Assembly (NCBI GenBank): GCA_913056365.1
Contig: CAJXLT010000006.1
Coordinates: 152,186-216,185 of the forward strand
Direction of reading: 5' to 3'
DNA length: 64,000 nt
Source: an uncultured Paenibacillaceae bacterium
GTDB taxonomy: Bacteria; Bacillota; Bacilli; Paenibacillales; K13
Shown here: piece after piece, positions 35,784 to 45,826 of the stretch
Position numbering within the stretch: position 1 is the stretch's first letter
Layout: every line of letters starts with the position of its first letter
Translations under genes and position numbers: made by a program
Notes under the pieces: model-generated
Database searches by the model: none
What the model saw: only the letters and a program-made list of their open reading frames with translations
Told to the model about the DNA's origin: nothing

Positions 35784-36866
35784 GTGCTCATTGTAGATGA
35801 CGAACCGCTTGTCTTGGAAGGCTTCCGTTTCATGGTCGATTGGGAGAGTTACGGCTTCAGGATCTGCGGTGAAGCATTCGACGGGAAGGAGGCGCTTGAG
35901 CAAATCCAACAGTTGAACCCCGATCTCGTCGTGACGGACATCAGCATGCCGGTCATGGATGGACTGCAGTTAATTGAGCACTGCACGAAGGTGCTTCATG
36001 CGCCGTGCCGTTTCGTCATTTTGAGCGGACACGACGAATTCTCAGATGTTCATACGGCGCTGACATATGGCGTGATGGATTACTGGCTGAAGCCGATCGA
36101 TGTGATGGAGATTCATGCCGCGCTCGAGAAATTTCGCAGCGAGTGGTCGCGTTCGGACGGAGAGGCTGCCGCGGATACGCTGGTCATAACTTCGCCGCTG
36201 GAAGCGGCTTGGACGGTTCCTATCGCCGAAGACTCGCTCATAGAAGCGGAGGATCGACTGTTAGTAGCGATCCAATCGGGTGATACGGCGTCGATCGAAG
36301 AGGCGTCTGAGCGGCTGTGCCGCCAGCTAGCGCTTTCGTTCGACGGTGATGAAGAGACCGGCAAGGTCTATTTGTCGAACGTGCTGCTTGAAGTGACGTG
36401 GAAAGCGCTCGAGGAAGAGGGGCTTGACTCCGGAACGATGGTCGATCACGATCTCTCGCCCCCGATCTTACCTAGTAGGACAGACAGCTGGCACGGTGTG
36501 CTTACGGCTTTCGCTTGCAAGGCATCGGAGCGGCTGGCGCCCAAGCGTTCCGAGACCGGCCCGGCATGGGAGGTGGCCCGGATTATCCGGGAACGTTACA
36601 GCGAGCCGCTTCAGCTGAAGACGATCGCGAGAAATCTTCATTTTCAGCCTGCCTATCTGGGCCAGTTGTTCAAGAAACAGATGGGCCTGAATTTCATTGA
36701 CTATGTGCATCGTACGCGGGTCGAGGCAGCCCGCAAGCTTCTTCGGCGAACGAATTTGAATATTGCGGATGTAGCCCGCAGGGTTGGTTACGAGAATCCC
36801 GAGCAATTCGCTGCGAAATTCAAACAATGGATGGGTATGACCCCATCCCAATACAAGAGCGGATAG
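35784..36866 (+). CDS. AraC-family response regulator (YesN-like), copy 1
   Basis: The receiver motifs are LIVDDEP, VVTDISMP and YWLKP. The C-terminus is an AraC HTH (IADVARRVGYENPEQFAAKFKQWMGMTPSQY). The GTG start is the only in-frame start after the upstream stop. Confidence 0.85.
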   Translation: MLIVDDEPLVLEGFRFMVDWESYGFRICGEAFDGKEALEQIQQLNPDLVVTDISMPVMDGLQLIEHCTKVLHAPCRFVILSGHDEFSDVHTALTYGVMDYWLKPIDVMEIHAALEKFRSEWSRSDGEAAADTLVITSPLEAAWTVPIAEDSLIEAEDRLLVAIQSGDTASIEEASERLCRQLALSFDGDEETGKVYLSNVLLEVTWKALEEEGLDSGTMVDHDLSPPILPSRTDSWHGVLTAFACKASERLAPKRSETGPAWEVARIIRERYSEPLQLKTIARNLHFQPAYLGQLFKKQMGLNFIDYVHRTRVEAARKLLRRTNLNIADVARRVGYENPEQFAAKFKQWMGMTPSQYKSG

Positions 36867-36877
36867 GAGGCATCCGT

Positions 36878-38683
36878 ATGCGTCAATCAAGTGGCTGGCT
36901 CGGCTTCGTCAACAACATTCCGCTCAGATGGAAGTTTAATCTGATCTACCTGCTATGCGTTCTCGTTCCGATCTTAACGATCAATGTCCTCTTCTTCTGG
37001 CAGGTGTCGGAGTATATTCAATCCCGCGAGCTGAACAATCTTCAAATCGCGATGGAGCGGTTAAACAAGAAGGCGATGGATATGATCGAAGGCGGAGTAA
37101 CGCTTAGCCATTCCGTCGCAACAGACCGTACCTTACATGAGCTGCTGGACAAGGAATATGCCGACAGTGTTGATTTCTATAATAGCTTAAATGGCGTGCT
37201 AGCCGGCAAGATGCGGCCGTTCATGTCAGCCTACACGTACGTTGAGAATATTTCGGTGTTTACGGAAAATCCGACAATCATAAGCGGGGGCAATTATTTC
37301 ATATTGAATGAGCGGGCGAAGCACAGCCCTTGGTACGAGGCGGCCTCCAATTCGTCATCGGCTGTTCAGGTTCTCATGTACGAAAGTGTTGACCCGATGA
37401 ACGCTCAAAGCAGCAAGGTCTACTTCAGCATCGTGCGCAAATTGAACGATTACCCGATGTACGGACACTACGCCAAGTATTTACGCATTGATCTTAAGGT
37501 GAGCAGCTTCGAAGAGATTCTGGAGGAGGAGAAGCCGTATTTGGCGATCAGCATGCTGGATCCGGTAGGCAGGGTGTTGCTGCCTACATCCCGGTATTCG
37601 CTGCCAATGGATGTGCCGGACAGCGGAGAAACAGACGGGCTGAGCTTCCAAATTCCGATGGGAAACCTGTCTTATATTCAAGATTGGAAGCTTGTCGGGC
37701 TAGCCGAAGCGGATCGCTTCCAGTCGGCTGTTCAGAGCTCGCAGCGCTTCATCTGGATGCTGGCAGCGGTCAGCACGCTGCTGCCCACTGCACTTATTTT
37801 CGTCATGCTGCGCTCTTATAATTATCGGATTCGCCTTCTGTCCCGCCATATGGAGAAAGCGAAGAATGAGAAGTTCGATTTGATCATGCTGCGGGAAGGC
37901 AAGGACGAGATTGGCGGGCTAATCCGCAGCTACAACCGGATGACGACTCAGATTGAGTCGCTCATTAACGATGTCTACAAGCTGGAGATTCAGCAGAAGG
38001 ACATGGAGCTGGAGCGGATTCGCGCCGAGATGAAGCTGCTGCAAAGCCAGGTTAACCCGCATTTTCTGTTCAATACGTTAAACGCCATGCTCGTCGTCAG
38101 CGCGAAGAACGGTTATACGGAAGTGACCGATATTATCCGCAGTTTGTCCCAGCTGCTTCGTCGGATGCTTAGTTGGTCGGATGCAGCCGTCCCTCTGCAG
38201 GATGAGCTTCATTTTACGGAAATGTATTTGAAAATCGAGAAGTTCCGGTTCGCGGACCGGTTCGCTTATCACTTTCATATAGAGGAAGACGCTTCCCATT
38301 GCTTGGTTCCGAAAATGTGCATCCAACCGCTTGTCGAGAACGCGTGCAAGCACGGGCTGCAGGCTATCAATGGACAGCGCGTTATCCGGATTGAAGCCTG
38401 GCGAACGGATACGTATTTACATGTACAGGTTGAAGACAACGGGAAAGGCATGGATGAGCAGCGGGTGAACGAAATCCGAAGGCTAATGAATGAAAGCCTC
38501 AATACAGACGAGAACGTGGGCATGCGCAATGTCTATAAGAGGCTTCGGCTCCTTTATGGGGAACGTGTTCACTTCTACATCGACAGCCGTCCGAACGAAG
38601 GCACACGTATTGGGTATCGAATTCCTGCGTTATTCGGGGATGAAGGAGGGACACAGCATGTATTCGGTGCTGCTGGTAGATGA
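36878..38683 (+). CDS. sensor histidine kinase, YesM-like (2 TM, HAMP, His_kinase, HATPase)
   Basis: AGGAGG precedes the ATG at 36878. There are two hydrophobic segments, the H-box is QVNPHFLFNTLNAM, and the N-box is QPLVENACKHG. Confidence 0.9.
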   Translation: MRQSSGWLGFVNNIPLRWKFNLIYLLCVLVPILTINVLFFWQVSEYIQSRELNNLQIAMERLNKKAMDMIEGGVTLSHSVATDRTLHELLDKEYADSVDFYNSLNGVLAGKMRPFMSAYTYVENISVFTENPTIISGGNYFILNERAKHSPWYEAASNSSSAVQVLMYESVDPMNAQSSKVYFSIVRKLNDYPMYGHYAKYLRIDLKVSSFEEILEEEKPYLAISMLDPVGRVLLPTSRYSLPMDVPDSGETDGLSFQIPMGNLSYIQDWKLVGLAEADRFQSAVQSSQRFIWMLAAVSTLLPTALIFVMLRSYNYRIRLLSRHMEKAKNEKFDLIMLREGKDEIGGLIRSYNRMTTQIESLINDVYKLEIQQKDMELERIRAEMKLLQSQVNPHFLFNTLNAMLVVSAKNGYTEVTDIIRSLSQLLRRMLSWSDAAVPLQDELHFTEMYLKIEKFRFADRFAYHFHIEEDASHCLVPKMCIQPLVENACKHGLQAINGQRVIRIEAWRTDTYLHVQVEDNGKGMDEQRVNEIRRLMNESLNTDENVGMRNVYKRLRLLYGERVHFYIDSRPNEGTRIGYRIPALFGDEGGTQHVFGAAGR

Positions 38684-39767
38684 TGAACCGCATGCGATTG
38701 AAGGGCTTCGCATGTTCGTGGATTGGGAACAGCATGGCTTCCGCGTCTGCGGAGCGTGCGAGAACGGTGTCGAGGCGCTGGCGGCAGTGAGCAAGTCTAT
38801 GCCGGATGTGATCGTGACGGATATCCGGATGCCCGATATGGATGGCTTGGAGTTGATCAGGCAATTGCACGAAGAGCGGGGAAGTGGAGGTACGGCCGAA
38901 ATCATCGTACTTAGCGCCTATAGCGAGTTTGCGTATGCTAAGCGCGCCTTGCAGCTCGGCGTCCATCACTACTTGCTGAAGCCGGCGATCGAAGAAGAGG
39001 CGGCAGAGGTGCTGACGCAGATCCGTATGCGGCTGGATAGCCGCCGCGCGGTCCGGAGGAATGAGCAAGACGACAGTGATGAGGCGGCTCTGTCGCTGCT
39101 AGCGGTCCAACTTCTGAAGGATGTTGTAGAAGCGATCGAAGATGCCGATCGGGAACGGGCGGTTGATGGGATCGATCGTATGTTCCGAGAAGGGGAAGGA
39201 CATTCGCTAGAGTGGGCTGGACTGTTCGTGGGCGCATTGGGCGTCCAATGCAGCAAGCTGATTCGCGAATCGGGCGGTGATCCTGCTTATTCGCTGCGTC
39301 CCCGTTCAGAGCCGGATGAATTCGAGTCCGGTGCCAGTCCGGCATCTGTGCGGGCGCTCGTTCTCTCCATTGTGGAGCAGACGATTGACGTCGTGCAATC
39401 CATTCGGGAAAGCAAGTTCAGCGGTACGATGCTCGAGATTGACCGGTACGTCCGCGACAATTATCGCTGTCCGCTCACAATCCGTGATATCGCGGCACGC
39501 TTTTATTTGAACCCCGTCTATCTGGGGAAGGCCTATCAAGACAAATTCGGCTGCGGCATACTTGATCGGATGCACGATCTGAGAATCGCAGAGGCGTGCG
39601 AGAAGCTTCACAGCCGAGACGAGCCGACTAGCATTATCGCAGAGCAGGTCGGGTATGCGCATTACCGTCATTTTCTGCAGCATTTCGAACGGCGGACGGG
39701 CAAGAAACCGACACAATACCGAGCAACCAAAACCGATTTTTCAGGGGGGTCCTCCTTTAATCTGTGA
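38658..39767 (+). CDS. AraC-family response regulator (YesN-like), copy 2
   Basis: GAAGGAGGG precedes the ATG at 38658. The receiver motifs are MYSVLLVDDEPH, VIVTDIRMPDMDG and YLLKP. The C-terminal AraC HTH is IIAEQVGYAHYRHFLQHFERRTGKKPTQY. The gene overlaps the kinase end by 26 nt. Confidence 0.9.
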   Translation: MYSVLLVDDEPHAIEGLRMFVDWEQHGFRVCGACENGVEALAAVSKSMPDVIVTDIRMPDMDGLELIRQLHEERGSGGTAEIIVLSAYSEFAYAKRALQLGVHHYLLKPAIEEEAAEVLTQIRMRLDSRRAVRRNEQDDSDEAALSLLAVQLLKDVVEAIEDADRERAVDGIDRMFREGEGHSLEWAGLFVGALGVQCSKLIRESGGDPAYSLRPRSEPDEFESGASPASVRALVLSIVEQTIDVVQSIRESKFSGTMLEIDRYVRDNYRCPLTIRDIAARFYLNPVYLGKAYQDKFGCGILDRMHDLRIAEACEKLHSRDEPTSIIAEQVGYAHYRHFLQHFERRTGKKPTQYRATKTDFSGGSSFNL

Positions 39768-39857
39768 ATTGTCGCTGCATTTAAGAAAGCGCTATCATGG
39801 AATCAACAAGATGAAAGCGCGCTCATCTTGAGTCACAAGCGTTAAGGAGGATTATAA

Positions 39858-41534
39858 ATGGGGGTTCGTATCAGGAAAGCGGTCTTAGTGCCGCTAATGT
39901 TGATTCTGGCACTTAGTCTTGTAGTATCGGCTTGCTCCGAGAATGGCAACAATAGCGGCAATGCCAGCAGCTCATCGAATGAAGACAAGGTGGAGCAGTT
40001 CACCATTACCTTGTTCACGGAATCTACGGGACCGATCCCGACGGAAGACAATAGAGTCTACAAGGAAATTGAAGAGAAGCTCGGCGTCACGCTGAAGGAA
40101 GAATATCTGGTCGGCGACCTCGAGCAGAAGCTCGGCGTTATGATCGCGGGCGGCGACTACCCGGATTTGATTACGGCGGATACGAAGCTGACGGCGGCAG
40201 GCGCTGTGATTCCGCTGGAGGATCTGATCGAGGAGCACGCCCCTAACTTGAAGAAGCACTATGGGAAAGTCTGGAACCAACTGAAGGATTCAGCTGACGG
40301 ACACATCTACTGGCTGCCTAATTATGGGGTGTATCAAGGCGAATTCAAGCCAACGGATTACCAAGGTCCGGCATTCTATATCCAGAAGGCGGTTCTCAAA
40401 GAATACGGCTATCCGGAAATCAAAACCCTGGATGATTACTTCAAGCTGATTGAAGATTATGCAGCCAAATACCCTGAGATTGACGGCCAACCGACGATCG
40501 GTTTCTCATCGCTCGCTTTCGATTGGCGCGACTGGGGTCTGCGCAACGCGCCGCAGCATCTAGCCGGTCACCCGAACGACGGCGGCGTCCTCGTCGACCC
40601 GGACACGAACGTCGCGACATTATACTCCGCTACAGATGTTGCAAAGCCTTACTATAATAAACTGAATGATGTGAATGCCAAAGGCTTGATGGACAAAGAA
40701 GCATTCGCGCAGAACTATGATCAGTATCTGGCGAAGTTATCCAGCGGCCGCGTGCTCGGCATGTTCGACCAACGCTGGAACTTCGTGCAAGCTCGTGATT
40801 CACTCATTACGCAAGGCAAATCTGAACGTACGTACGTCGGTTTCCCTCTTGTATATGAAGAGGGCATACAAGATTACTACTTGGATCGGCCTGTCATCAA
40901 CTTGGGCAACGGCGTAGGGATTACGGTCGACGCCGAGGATCCGGTGAGAATCATCAAGTTCCTAGACACGCTGATGTCAGAAGAGTGGCAGAAGCGATTC
41001 GCTTGGGGTGTTGAAGGCGAGGACTATCTTGTCGGCGACGACGGCCTGTACTATCGCACGCCAGAGATGCGCAAGCAACAGGACGATGTCACTTGGAAGC
41101 AAGCGAACAAAGCGGAAGCCCTCTATGGTCAGCTTCCTAAACTGGAAGGCAACTATCCAGATGGCAACGCCGACAGTGCAGGCAACCAGCCTGAAGAATT
41201 CTTCGCCAACTTGAAGGATATTGACAAAGAGGTGATGAACGCTTACGGCCACAAAACATGGACCGACTTCTTCTCGTCACCGCCGGACAACCGCGTTTCG
41301 TACCCGGCTTGGAATATTGACCTTATCGAAGGTTCCGAGGCGAAAGTCGCTAACCAGAAGATGAAGGATCTAGACTTCAAATATTTGCCAAGGGCGATCC
41401 TCAGTGAGCCGGGCGAATTCGATACAGTCTGGTCTGAATATGTAGAGGAAATGGGCAAAGTCAATACGGAAGCTTATCTGGATCGACTTAATGAACAGCT
41501 GAAGTGGCGCGTAGACAGTTGGAGCAGTAATTAA
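39858..41534 (+). CDS. extracellular solute-binding lipoprotein of a carbohydrate ABC importer (LplA-like)
   Basis: The signal peptide has the lipobox LVVSAC. The 558-aa size and the position upstream of two BPD-type permeases support the call. AAGGAGG precedes the ATG. Confidence 0.85.
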   Translation: MGVRIRKAVLVPLMLILALSLVVSACSENGNNSGNASSSSNEDKVEQFTITLFTESTGPIPTEDNRVYKEIEEKLGVTLKEEYLVGDLEQKLGVMIAGGDYPDLITADTKLTAAGAVIPLEDLIEEHAPNLKKHYGKVWNQLKDSADGHIYWLPNYGVYQGEFKPTDYQGPAFYIQKAVLKEYGYPEIKTLDDYFKLIEDYAAKYPEIDGQPTIGFSSLAFDWRDWGLRNAPQHLAGHPNDGGVLVDPDTNVATLYSATDVAKPYYNKLNDVNAKGLMDKEAFAQNYDQYLAKLSSGRVLGMFDQRWNFVQARDSLITQGKSERTYVGFPLVYEEGIQDYYLDRPVINLGNGVGITVDAEDPVRIIKFLDTLMSEEWQKRFAWGVEGEDYLVGDDGLYYRTPEMRKQQDDVTWKQANKAEALYGQLPKLEGNYPDGNADSAGNQPEEFFANLKDIDKEVMNAYGHKTWTDFFSSPPDNRVSYPAWNIDLIEGSEAKVANQKMKDLDFKYLPRAILSEPGEFDTVWSEYVEEMGKVNTEAYLDRLNEQLKWRVDSWSSN

Positions 41535-41604
41535 GAAGAATGGGAGCGGGAGGTTGGAGCTTAAGCTTCAACATTCCGCTCGTTAGAGACAGGAGGAGAA
41601 ACCG

Positions 41605-42573
41605 ATGCCGCAGCAAACGGTCCATAAGGTTGAAGTCAACCCCCAGTCCGTACGGCGGACGAATACGTACTGGAGCCGCATGATCCGCCAGCGGCAGCTT
41701 ATTCTGATGTCACTCCCGATGGTACTTTACGTTTTTCTGTTTGCCTACGTGCCCATCTGGGGTTGGATGATGGCCTTTCAGCAATTCAAACCTGGCTTCT
41801 CCATCTTCGAACAGACTTGGGTCGGGTTCGATCAGTTCAGCTTTTTGTTCACGGATGACAGCTTCATCCGGGTTATTCGCAATACGATTGCCATGAGCGT
41901 GATCTCGCTCGTCCTTGGCTTCGTCACGGCAGTTGGCTTGGCGCTGCTACTGAACGAAATCAAACAAACTGGCATTAAGCGGTTCATCCAGACGATCTCC
42001 TACCTTCCGCACTTTCTATCCTGGGTCATCGTGACCGGTCTTGTATCCATGGCATTGTCCACCGACGGTGGCATCATCAACGACGTGCTCATGAAGCTTC
42101 ATATTATTAATGAACCGATCTTATGGTTAGGCGAAGGCAAGTACTTCTGGGGAATCGTAGGACTCTCCAACGTCTGGAAAGAAGTAGGTTGGAACACCAT
42201 TATTTATTTGGCTGCCATAACCTCCATCGATCCGTCTCAGTATGAAGCGGCGGAGGTGGACGGCGCGGGTCGCTTCCGCAAGATATGGAATGTGACGCTG
42301 CCTGGCATTCGTCCCGTTATCGTCATCCTGCTGATCATGAACGTGGGCTGGATTTTGAACGGCGGCGGCTTTGAAATTCAATATTTCCTGGGCAACGGAC
42401 AAGTGCTTGATTGGTCGGAGACGATCGATATTTTCGTTCTGAAGTACGGTCTTAAGATCGGGAATTATTCGCTCGGCGTCGCGGCCGGCATCTTCAAAAC
42501 CCTCGTCAGCATTGTATTGCTCTATTGTGCGAATATCATCGCCAAGCGTCTCGGCGAAGAGCGAATTATATAA
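41605..42573 (+). CDS. carbohydrate ABC transporter permease (LplB-like)
   Basis: Six hydrophobic segments are present, with an EAA-loop-like YEAAEVDGAGRFRKIWNVTLPGIRP. Confidence 0.85.
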   Translation: MPQQTVHKVEVNPQSVRRTNTYWSRMIRQRQLILMSLPMVLYVFLFAYVPIWGWMMAFQQFKPGFSIFEQTWVGFDQFSFLFTDDSFIRVIRNTIAMSVISLVLGFVTAVGLALLLNEIKQTGIKRFIQTISYLPHFLSWVIVTGLVSMALSTDGGIINDVLMKLHIINEPILWLGEGKYFWGIVGLSNVWKEVGWNTIIYLAAITSIDPSQYEAAEVDGAGRFRKIWNVTLPGIRPVIVILLIMNVGWILNGGGFEIQYFLGNGQVLDWSETIDIFVLKYGLKIGNYSLGVAAGIFKTLVSIVLLYCANIIAKRLGEERII

Positions 42574-42584
42574 GGAGGCTCCCT

Positions 42585-43505
42585 ATGCAAACCGTTAGAA
42601 AAAAATTCAAAGCGGAGCCGTTTCTGTTCCATACGTTCAACTATTTGATCATGCTGTTACTCGTAGTCGTCACGTTGTACCCGTTTCTTAATACGCTGGC
42701 GATTTCATTCAACGCGGGTGTCGATACGACACGCGGCGGCATCTACATTTGGCCGCGGGAATGGACGTTGAAGAACTACGAGGCGGTCTTCCTGACCGGG
42801 AATGTGATCGATGCGTTCTGGGTGTCTGTAGCCAGAACCGTAATCGGCACGGTGGCCAGCGTCTTCCTGACGGCCATGTTGGCATATACAATCAGCCGTA
42901 AGGAGTTCATGTTCCGCAAACCGGTTACACTGCTTTTCGTGCTCACCATGTACTTCAGTGCAGGTCTTATCCCTTCCTTTTTTTTGATTAAGGATCTGAA
43001 TCTGCTCAATAACTTTCTTGTTTATATTCTTTTCCCTGGAGCTACGGCAGGTCTGGTTAGCGCGTTCAACATGCTCGTCGTCCGAACCTATATGCACACG
43101 CTGCCGGAAAGCTTAGTCGAATCAGCCAAGATGGATGGCGCCGGCGACTTCAAGGTGTTCATTAGCATTATTCTGCCTCTCTGCACGCCCGTGCTGGCGA
43201 CGATATCGTTATTCACGGCCGTCTTTCAATGGAATCAGTGGTTTGACACGTTTATCTTTGCTTCGTCGAAGCAGGAGCTTAGCACGCTCCAATACGAGCT
43301 CATCAGGCTGTTGTCTTCGTCGGTTAATTTCAACAGCAATCCGAACGTATCTTCTACGGCTGCCAAGGATCTCGCAACGTTGGTTACGCCGCTGTCGATC
43401 CGAGCCGCCATCACGATCGTGGCTTCCATACCCATATTGGTTGTGTACCCGCTCCTGCAGCGGCATTTCGTCTCCGGGTTGAAGCTAGGGGGCGTGAAAG
43501 AGTAG
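42585..43505 (+). CDS. carbohydrate ABC transporter permease (LplC-like)
   Basis: AAGGAGG precedes the ATG at 42585. The EAA-loop-like sequence is VESAKMDGAGDFKVFISIILPLCTP. Confidence 0.85.
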   Translation: MQTVRKKFKAEPFLFHTFNYLIMLLLVVVTLYPFLNTLAISFNAGVDTTRGGIYIWPREWTLKNYEAVFLTGNVIDAFWVSVARTVIGTVASVFLTAMLAYTISRKEFMFRKPVTLLFVLTMYFSAGLIPSFFLIKDLNLLNNFLVYILFPGATAGLVSAFNMLVVRTYMHTLPESLVESAKMDGAGDFKVFISIILPLCTPVLATISLFTAVFQWNQWFDTFIFASSKQELSTLQYELIRLLSSSVNFNSNPNVSSTAAKDLATLVTPLSIRAAITIVASIPILVVYPLLQRHFVSGLKLGGVKE

Positions 43506-43566
43506 GGAGAAGAGACCGATTAGAATTTGTAACCACGAATCGAAAAGTTTATAATAAGAAGAACAA

Positions 43567-43622
43567 AAGCACTGTATGTATGAAAGATGGTTGATCCCAT
43601 TTTCAATACATGGTGCTTTTTT
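43567..43622 (+). terminator. rho-independent terminator after the ABC operon
   Basis: A long imperfect hairpin AAAGCACTGTATGTAT...ATACATGGTGCTTT is followed by TTTTTT. Confidence 0.65.
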
Positions 43623-43675
43623 CGATTTATACATAAATAGTCAGGAGACTGGCTAATCGGAAGGAACATGCGGAT

Positions 43676-44239
43676 ATGTTAAGCGCATTAGCCATATTTG
43701 TGGTGCAGTTGTTATACGTGCCGGTCGTCATGATGAGGACCATACTTGCTGTCAAAGGGATGAAAACGTACTCTGCAGCGGTGGGGATACTAGAAGGTTT
43801 TAGTTACGTATTTGCCTTAGGTTTAGTGTTTAGCGACCTTACGAATTATTTGAACATGATCGCCTTCGGTTTTGGATTCGGCATTGGCGTGTATCTTGGC
43901 GGTTTGTTAGAAGAACGGCTTGCCATCGGCTATGTCACCATCGAAGCGAATATTCCACATAAAAATACAGAACTGATCTATAAACTTCGAGAAGCCGGGT
44001 TTAGTGTTTCTGTGAGCGAAGTCGAAGGTATGAATACACCACGTTTCCGGTTGGACTGCACAGCACGAAGAGATCGGGAGAAAGAATTTTACAAACTGAT
44101 TTCTCATTATGAAGCACAGGCGTTCGTGGCTTCCTATGAACCGAGAAATTTCAAAGGCGGCTATATTACGAAGGCCATGAAGAAGAGAAGCGAGATATTC
44201 TTCAAGAAGAAAAAACAGGAAGAAAAGGTTGAGAAGTAA
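43676..44239 (+). CDS. UPF0316 family membrane protein (YebE-like, DUF2179)
   Basis: Three N-terminal TM segments are followed by a C-terminal DUF2179-like region ([31 protein letters not shown]...[13 protein letters not shown]). From memory this closely resembles B. subtilis YebE. Confidence 0.75.
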   Translation: MLSALAIFVVQLLYVPVVMMRTILAVKGMKTYSAAVGILEGFSYVFALGLVFSDLTNYLNMIAFGFGFGIGVYLGGLLEERLAIGYVTIEANIPHKNTELIYKLREAGFSVSVSEVEGMNTPRFRLDCTARRDREKEFYKLISHYEAQAFVASYEPRNFKGGYITKAMKKRSEIFFKKKKQEEKVEK

Positions 44240-44310
44240 ATGTTAAAATTGGCTAAGCTCAGTGTTTCTATATCGCGTAGGAAATGAATGATTAGGATCG
44301 GTTGACGTTA

Positions 44311-44319
44311 TGGTATAAT
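44311..44319 (+). promoter_or_regulatory. extended -10 promoter element TGGTATAAT
   Basis: Exact TGnTATAAT located 39 nt upstream of the ATG at 44358. Confidence 0.45.
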
Positions 44320-44357
44320 GTTAATGAAGCAGTGATCCTAAAGGGCGGTGATGAAGG

Positions 44358-44615
44358 ATGAGTGTCAATCGTGAAGAAATAAAGCGGTTGATCGACCTAA
44401 TACCGGATCAAGATGCCACAGAGGTTCTTGATTTCATTGAATATTTGAATATGAAGCGGGAACGTGAGTCTGCTCAGCAATTGGATGTAAAGATTCTCGC
44501 CCAAGATGAGAGTTTAATTGAACAAGTTAATCAAAGCCAAGTGGATCGACAGACTGGATGTATTTATGGAAAAGAAGCAGGCCTTGATTATCTTCGAACT
44601 ATACTTGGAGCGTAA
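44358..44615 (+). CDS. small hypothetical protein (85 aa), antitoxin-like N-terminus
   Basis: The ORF has an upstream promoter-like box. IKRLIDLIPDQDATEVLDFIEYLNMKRE resembles DUF2281-type small proteins. No partner gene is intact. Confidence 0.45.
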   Translation: MSVNREEIKRLIDLIPDQDATEVLDFIEYLNMKRERESAQQLDVKILAQDESLIEQVNQSQVDRQTGCIYGKEAGLDYLRTILGA

Positions 44616-44707
44616 CGTGTCCGCTTACTTTGACTATGTAGAGCGTCTTGCTAGTTTACTATAATTGAAATCGATGTGTTCTTATGATCTTGATCAATGA
44701 TTCTAAT

Positions 44708-45577
44708 CTAAATGGACGATTCCAATCTCTTGGCGGTTGAGGCGATATGATCGTACGCTCTTTTCAATTCTTCAATAGCTTGCGAGTTGCTGGAGATTTG
44801 TGCAGTAGCTTCTTCAATTTGCTTCATCATGGAAGATACGGCATCTGCTATTTCTGTTAATTGACCCTCGATTTGATCTGCGGACTGCTTGCTCGAACCA
44901 GCCATTTTCCTAACTTCATTAGCTACTACTTCGAACCCGCGACCATGTTCGCCTGCTCGCGCCGCTTCAATTGCAGCATTCAGACCTAGAAGGTGGGATT
45001 GATCAGCAATTTCTTTGACAGTCGTAGTAACGAATTGGATATTTTGCACTTGACCTTGGACTGCTGCAGAATTCAGATTCAGGTTCTTCATATGGCTTAC
45101 AATCAGCTTCGAGGCTGCTAATACCTCGTCTGTGTTGGCAGTCATTTCCTCAACCATTGCCATTAGCTCTTCAGTACTTTGTTGAAGAACGAATTCGCGA
45201 CTCGTGATATCCGTTGCTACCTTGATGACTGCTTCCACACTGCCTTCACTATAGACAGGCATATAAGTTGCTTCTAATGTTAACTTCCTTCCGTCCTTTG
45301 TAACCCTTGTGATTTTGTCTTGAAACGACCTACCTTGACGCAAATCATTCCATAAATCAGCATAGGCTTGACTAGAAGCAAATTCAGGCAAACAAAATTG
45401 TTGATGATGAACGCCTACTAGTTCATCTACCTTGTATCCCATTGCAGAGGCGAACAGTGAATTGGCCCAAATAACCTGTCCTTGCGTGTTAAACATGATC
45501 ATAGCTAAATGGTTTTGAATCGATTCTAGAGCGCTTAGTTGTTGTGATGGAGAAGCAGTGCTTTGCATGATACTCAC
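44708..45577 (-). CDS. soluble methyl-accepting chemotaxis protein with an N-terminal PAS domain
   Basis: The PAS-like N-terminus contains MIMFNTQGQVIWANSLFASAMGYK. The highly conserved MCP signalling hairpin LLGLNAAIEAARAGEHGRGFEVVANEVRKMA is present, and there is no TM segment. Confidence 0.85.
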   Translation of the reverse strand: MSIMQSTASPSQQLSALESIQNHLAMIMFNTQGQVIWANSLFASAMGYKVDELVGVHHQQFCLPEFASSQAYADLWNDLRQGRSFQDKITRVTKDGRKLTLEATYMPVYSEGSVEAVIKVATDITSREFVLQQSTEELMAMVEEMTANTDEVLAASKLIVSHMKNLNLNSAAVQGQVQNIQFVTTTVKEIADQSHLLGLNAAIEAARAGEHGRGFEVVANEVRKMAGSSKQSADQIEGQLTEIADAVSSMMKQIEEATAQISSNSQAIEELKRAYDHIASTAKRLESSI

Positions 45578-45712
45578 CTTCCGAAGATGCTAGTAATTAA
45601 TTATAGGTTATTTCATTATATCATTTTGGCAGAACAGAGATGTAAGGATATTGTAAAATTTTCGAAATTTTATACGGGGAGACAGAGAGAGATCTACCGA
45701 AGGCGGTCCAAC

Positions 45713-45826
45713 CTAAACGGTGGGTTTTCGCTTGTTAAGAACTTTTTTTTTTAACATCTTGCCGATGCTCTCCACAAGTTTGATCAATGAAGATATCAGT
45801 TTCAGAACAGCTTGAAACGTATCCAA
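45713..45826 (-). CDS. candidate 37-aa amphipathic cationic peptide (below the ORF-track cut-off)
   Basis: Hand translation gives MDTFQAVLKLISSLIKLVESIGKMLKKKVLNKRKPTV from a TTG start, 7 nt after AAGGAGGTGG (complement of 45831-45840). Confidence 0.3.
   Translation of the reverse strand: MDTFQAVLKLISSLIKLVESIGKMLKKKVLNKRKPTV

Noticed and set aside
38499-39716. Several 90-190-aa minus-strand ORFs opposite the second AraC-type regulator.
   Set aside because: These are GC-rich antisense shadows. They are Arg/Pro/Ala-rich with no SD.
44616-44690. Short GTG-initiated frame (VSAYFDYVERLASLL) right after the 85-aa antitoxin-like gene, considered as a decayed toxin gene.
   Set aside because: It is only 15 codons long with no recognisable toxin motif, so it cannot be supported from sequence alone.
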